Part shown: in pieces, positions 61,011-64,000 of the stretch
Numbering within the stretch: the first letter of the stretch is position 1
Layout of the letters: every line of letters begins with the position of its first letter
The notes under the pieces: generated by a model
The model's input: the letters and a program-made list of their open reading frames with translations, nothing else
Told to the model about the DNA's origin: nothing
The model's database searches: none
From: Alphaproteobacteria bacterium
GTDB lineage: Bacteria > Pseudomonadota > Alphaproteobacteria > UBA828
Assembly (NCBI GenBank): GCA_963422645.2
Contig: CAXXVO010000021.1
Location: 96,655-160,654, forward strand
Direction: 5' to 3'
DNA length: 64,000 nucleotides
Translations under genes and position numbers: made by a program

Positions 61011-63522
61011 CAGACTTCCTGACCTCGTGATGCTGGCTGTTCTGGGCAGCGTGCCGGGAACTCCTTGAATTCTGATACATTTCGGTTGTTTCAGGCGGTT
61101 TTTCGCTGGGTGTCGCGCCCGAGGTCTGATATTATAATTTGATACCAATTGCACGGTCTCAACCATGCCCAGTACCCTCCCAATGTGCCCTCCAGAGGCG
61201 GTCTCGATCGGCAACAGCTGCTTCGCCGTCCTGATCTCGGACGACACCTTCACCTACTTTTCCAACCTCATTCCCTTTGACAGCCACGCCGCCGATGACC
61301 GCACGGCCATGCTCTTGCGGATCGGCCGCCTCGCGGCGATCAGCGCGGTCTCGCCGCAGGAACTGGCTGACGCTTTCGCTGTCTCGCGCGCGACGGTGCA
61401 GCGCGCACGACGGCGCTACCTGGCCGAGGGCGAAGCGGGGTTCATGAAGCCCCGGCGCGGTCGCGGGCCGTCGGTGTTCACTCCGGAGTTGGCGGAGAAG
61501 GCGACGGCGTTGCTGGCATCGGGCCTGAGCGGCTCTGCGGCGGCCCGGGTTCTCGGCGTGTCAGCGCCATCGGTCAACAAGTGGCGCCGTCAGGGACTGA
61601 TCGGCAACACGGAGGCGGATGGGGAGCCCGGACGCTCAGCGCTGGCTGCGCCGCCTGACGCGGGTGCGGCTCCTGAAGGCCGTGTCGATGAAGAGAGTAC
61701 CGGTGCCCCGGGGCCGGAGACGGCGCCGGGGCTGGAAGCGCAGCCGCAAACGGATCGCAGCGCGCGCGATCGGCGGGACCGGCAGGCGCCGATGGGGCGT
61801 GCGACTTGCGATGTTCCGGCTCGGGTTCTGGCCAGTTGTGGACAGGCGGGGCCGGTCGAACCGCAGTTCGCCGCCGCCGCCCGCGGTGTCCGCTTCGGCG
61901 GCGTGCTCGCCGCCCTGCCGGCCCTGCTGAAGGAAGGTCTTCTCTCCGAGACCGGTCTCCTGCCATTGCTGCCGAAGGGCTATTACGGCTTGCCTACGAT
62001 CCTGCTCTTCCTGGCCTTCATGACCTTGGCGCGGGTGCGCAACCCCGAGAGCCTGCGCTACCAGGCGCCGGGCGAATGGGGCGCCATTCTCGGCCTCGAT
62101 CGCTGCCCCGAGGTCAAGACGCTGCGCCGCAAGATCGCTCTCATCGCCGACGACGAGGCCGGCGTGCGGGCGTGGCAGCTCGCCCTTGCCAGGCGCTGGC
62201 AAGGCCGACGAGCCGGAGCTCTGGGCGACGCTGGCCATCGACGGGCACGTCAAGGTCTACTCCGGCCGCAAGGGGCGCTTGCCCAAGCACTTCGTCTCGC
62301 GCGAGAAGCTGTGCCTGCCGGCGAGCGCCAGCTACTGGATCAACGCTCTGGGCGGCAAGCCGCTGCTCTGTCTGCACAAGCCGCTGGACCCGAAGATGGT
62401 CGCGGCCATCGAAGCCGACGTGGTGCCGGCGCTGCAGGAGCTTGGGATCGTTGGCGCCGGGGCGCCGGACCTGACCGCCGAGCATCCCGGCCAGCCGGCG
62501 CTCACCCTGGTCTTCGACCGCGAGGGCTGGAGCCCGGATCTGTTCCGCCGGCTGGCGAGGCGCGGCGTCGCCTGCCTGACCTGGCACAAGAACTTCAGGG
62601 GCGAGGACTGGCCGGCCGAGGACTTCGGCGCGATGACCGTTCCCATTCACGGACCGGCGGCGGACGGCAGCGCCACCATGCGGCTGGCTGAGAAGCCGGT
62701 GACGTTGCCGAACGGCTTCAGGGTGCGCCAGATCCGCCGCCTGCTCGACAACGGCCGTCAGGTGCCGCTGATCACCACCGATCCGCACAAGCCGATGGCT
62801 GAGGTTGCGGGCGCCATGTTCTCGCGCTGGTCGCAGGAGAACTTCTTCAAGTACATGCGTGACGAGTTCAATCTCGACGCCCTGCCGACCCACGAGCTCG
62901 AGCCTCTCGATCCCGCCGCCATGGTCGTCAACCCGCTGCGGCGGGCCTATGACAAGGCAATCCATCGCCTCGACCGCCAGCTTGGCCGCCTGCGCAACCG
63001 CATCGCCGACACGGCCCGGAAGAAGCAGCCGACGGCGGAACTCAGGAGGGAAGTCAGGGACCTCCAGGATGTCCGCGACATCGTCAGGGCCAGCCGCAGG
63101 GAGACGCCCAAGCACTGCCGGGCCGGCGACCTCGACGAAGCCGAGCAGCTCGATGCCTTGCCCGCGCGCGAGCGCCTCCTCCTCGACGTCATCCGGATGA
63201 TCGCCTACCGCGCCGAAACCCGCATGATGCTTCCCGTCATGCAGGCGCAGGGCCACAAGCCCCATCCCCGGAAACTGCTTCAAGCGCTGCTCACCGCCGA
63301 TGCCGACATCCTGCCGGATCCTGGCAATGGCCTCCTGCGGGTCCACATTCTTGGCCTCGCAAACGACGCCTGCGACCGTTGGATCGATGCGGTTCTGAGC
63401 GACCTGAACGCCACCGAAACGGTCTTCCCCGGCACCCGTCTGCGCATAGTCTACGACATCGACGGGGCCTCGGAATCCGCGCGGCTCGTGTCACCTAAAA
63501 TCAGCAGAGGTCAGGAAGTCTG
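61011..63522 (+). mobile_element. Unclassified 2.5-kb DDE insertion sequence, copy 2, with 5-bp target duplication
   Basis: 16-bp IR CAGACTTCCTGACCTC; AGACT on both flanks (61006-61010 and 63523-63527). Confidence 0.92.
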
Positions 63523-63523
63523 A
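61165..63523 (+). pseudogene. Large DDE transposase, frameshifted near 62201
   Basis: ORFs 61165-62691 and 62186-63523 join into 785 aa if one A is removed from TGGCAAGGCC. Confidence 0.8.
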
Positions 63524-63680
63524 GACTCAACGCGCCAGCCCACATGCTACCCTCGCAGCCGATGATGATCTGAGCTAAGACAATACGGGATGCTATCGAC
63601 TACATACCCTTGGAGCCCACGGTGACAGTGTTCTTAATGACCTGCAATCAATGACCGACCGTGGTCCATCGTATCCGGCT

Positions 63681-64000
63681 TCAATCAGGGATGCCTTTTC
63701 GATCACCCTTCGCGACCCAATTCGTGATCTCCCCCACAAAATCCCAGACATCACCAGCCTTCGGCCGACAATACTCACGATCATTCGGGTCGTCACCCAT
63801 TTGTTCGAAGACACTCAAAAGCCACCGTGACTTGGTTCTGCCCACATCAAGTTCCGAAAGCCATGATTCCAGTTCACCCTTTTTAACGACAAAAATCCCG
63901 TACTCCGATAGTTGCCGAAAGAGATTGTCACATGCTTCTTGATCACTTTGGGAAAGAAGGTCAATGCCGCCATCCATCTTCATATTCTTGCCAGTTGCCT
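63681..64000 (-). CDS. C-terminal part of a lower-GC gene, probably an OLD-like ATP-dependent nuclease (5' end beyond the window)
   Basis: Frame open to the window edge; YGIFVV..GELESWL motif recalled from OLD-family Toprim C-termini. Confidence 0.55.
   Translation of the reverse strand, partial: ATGKNMKMDGGIDLLSQSDQEACDNLFRQLSEYGIFVVKKGELESWLSELDVGRTKSRWLLSVFEQMGDDPNDREYCRPKAGDVWDFVGEITNWVAKGDRKGIPD

Overview
High-GC bacterial chromosome segment, most likely from an alphaproteobacterium (Rhodospirillales-like gene order metX-metW, chorismate mutase-hisC-tyrA, hrcA-grpE-dnaK-dnaJ-dapB, rne). Bases 1011-19099 form a heavily rearranged island that has broken an rmlA gene. It holds one complete and one partial IS21, two IS66 (ISBst12-group) elements, an IS1202/ISNCY-type element, an IS5/IS1182-like remnant, a truncated tyrosine integrase, a DNA methylase fragment, a class II Fic gene and a broken HEPN-like gene. 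It also holds the right half of what looks like a Mu/IS21-style transposon carrying its own helicase, an origin-like repeat and a Toprim primase. A 2.5-kb unclassified DDE insertion sequence occurs twice (11170-13682, 61011-63522); it has 16-bp IRs and an AGNCT-like 5-bp target, and the target completes its stop codon. Bases 19100-61000 are mostly core metabolism: PHA genes, Met/aromatic/His/Lys synthesis, heat shock, RNase E, glycerate kinase-pyk, a beta-propeller/S41/PCuAC operon, a sugar ABC transporter, MaoC, a B12-radical SAM enzyme and a fused hydantoinase/oxoprolinase. No rRNA, tRNA or CRISPR array was seen. Several frameshifts are single-G losses in G runs and may be sequencing errors. 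All family calls come from motif recognition by eye; no searches were run.
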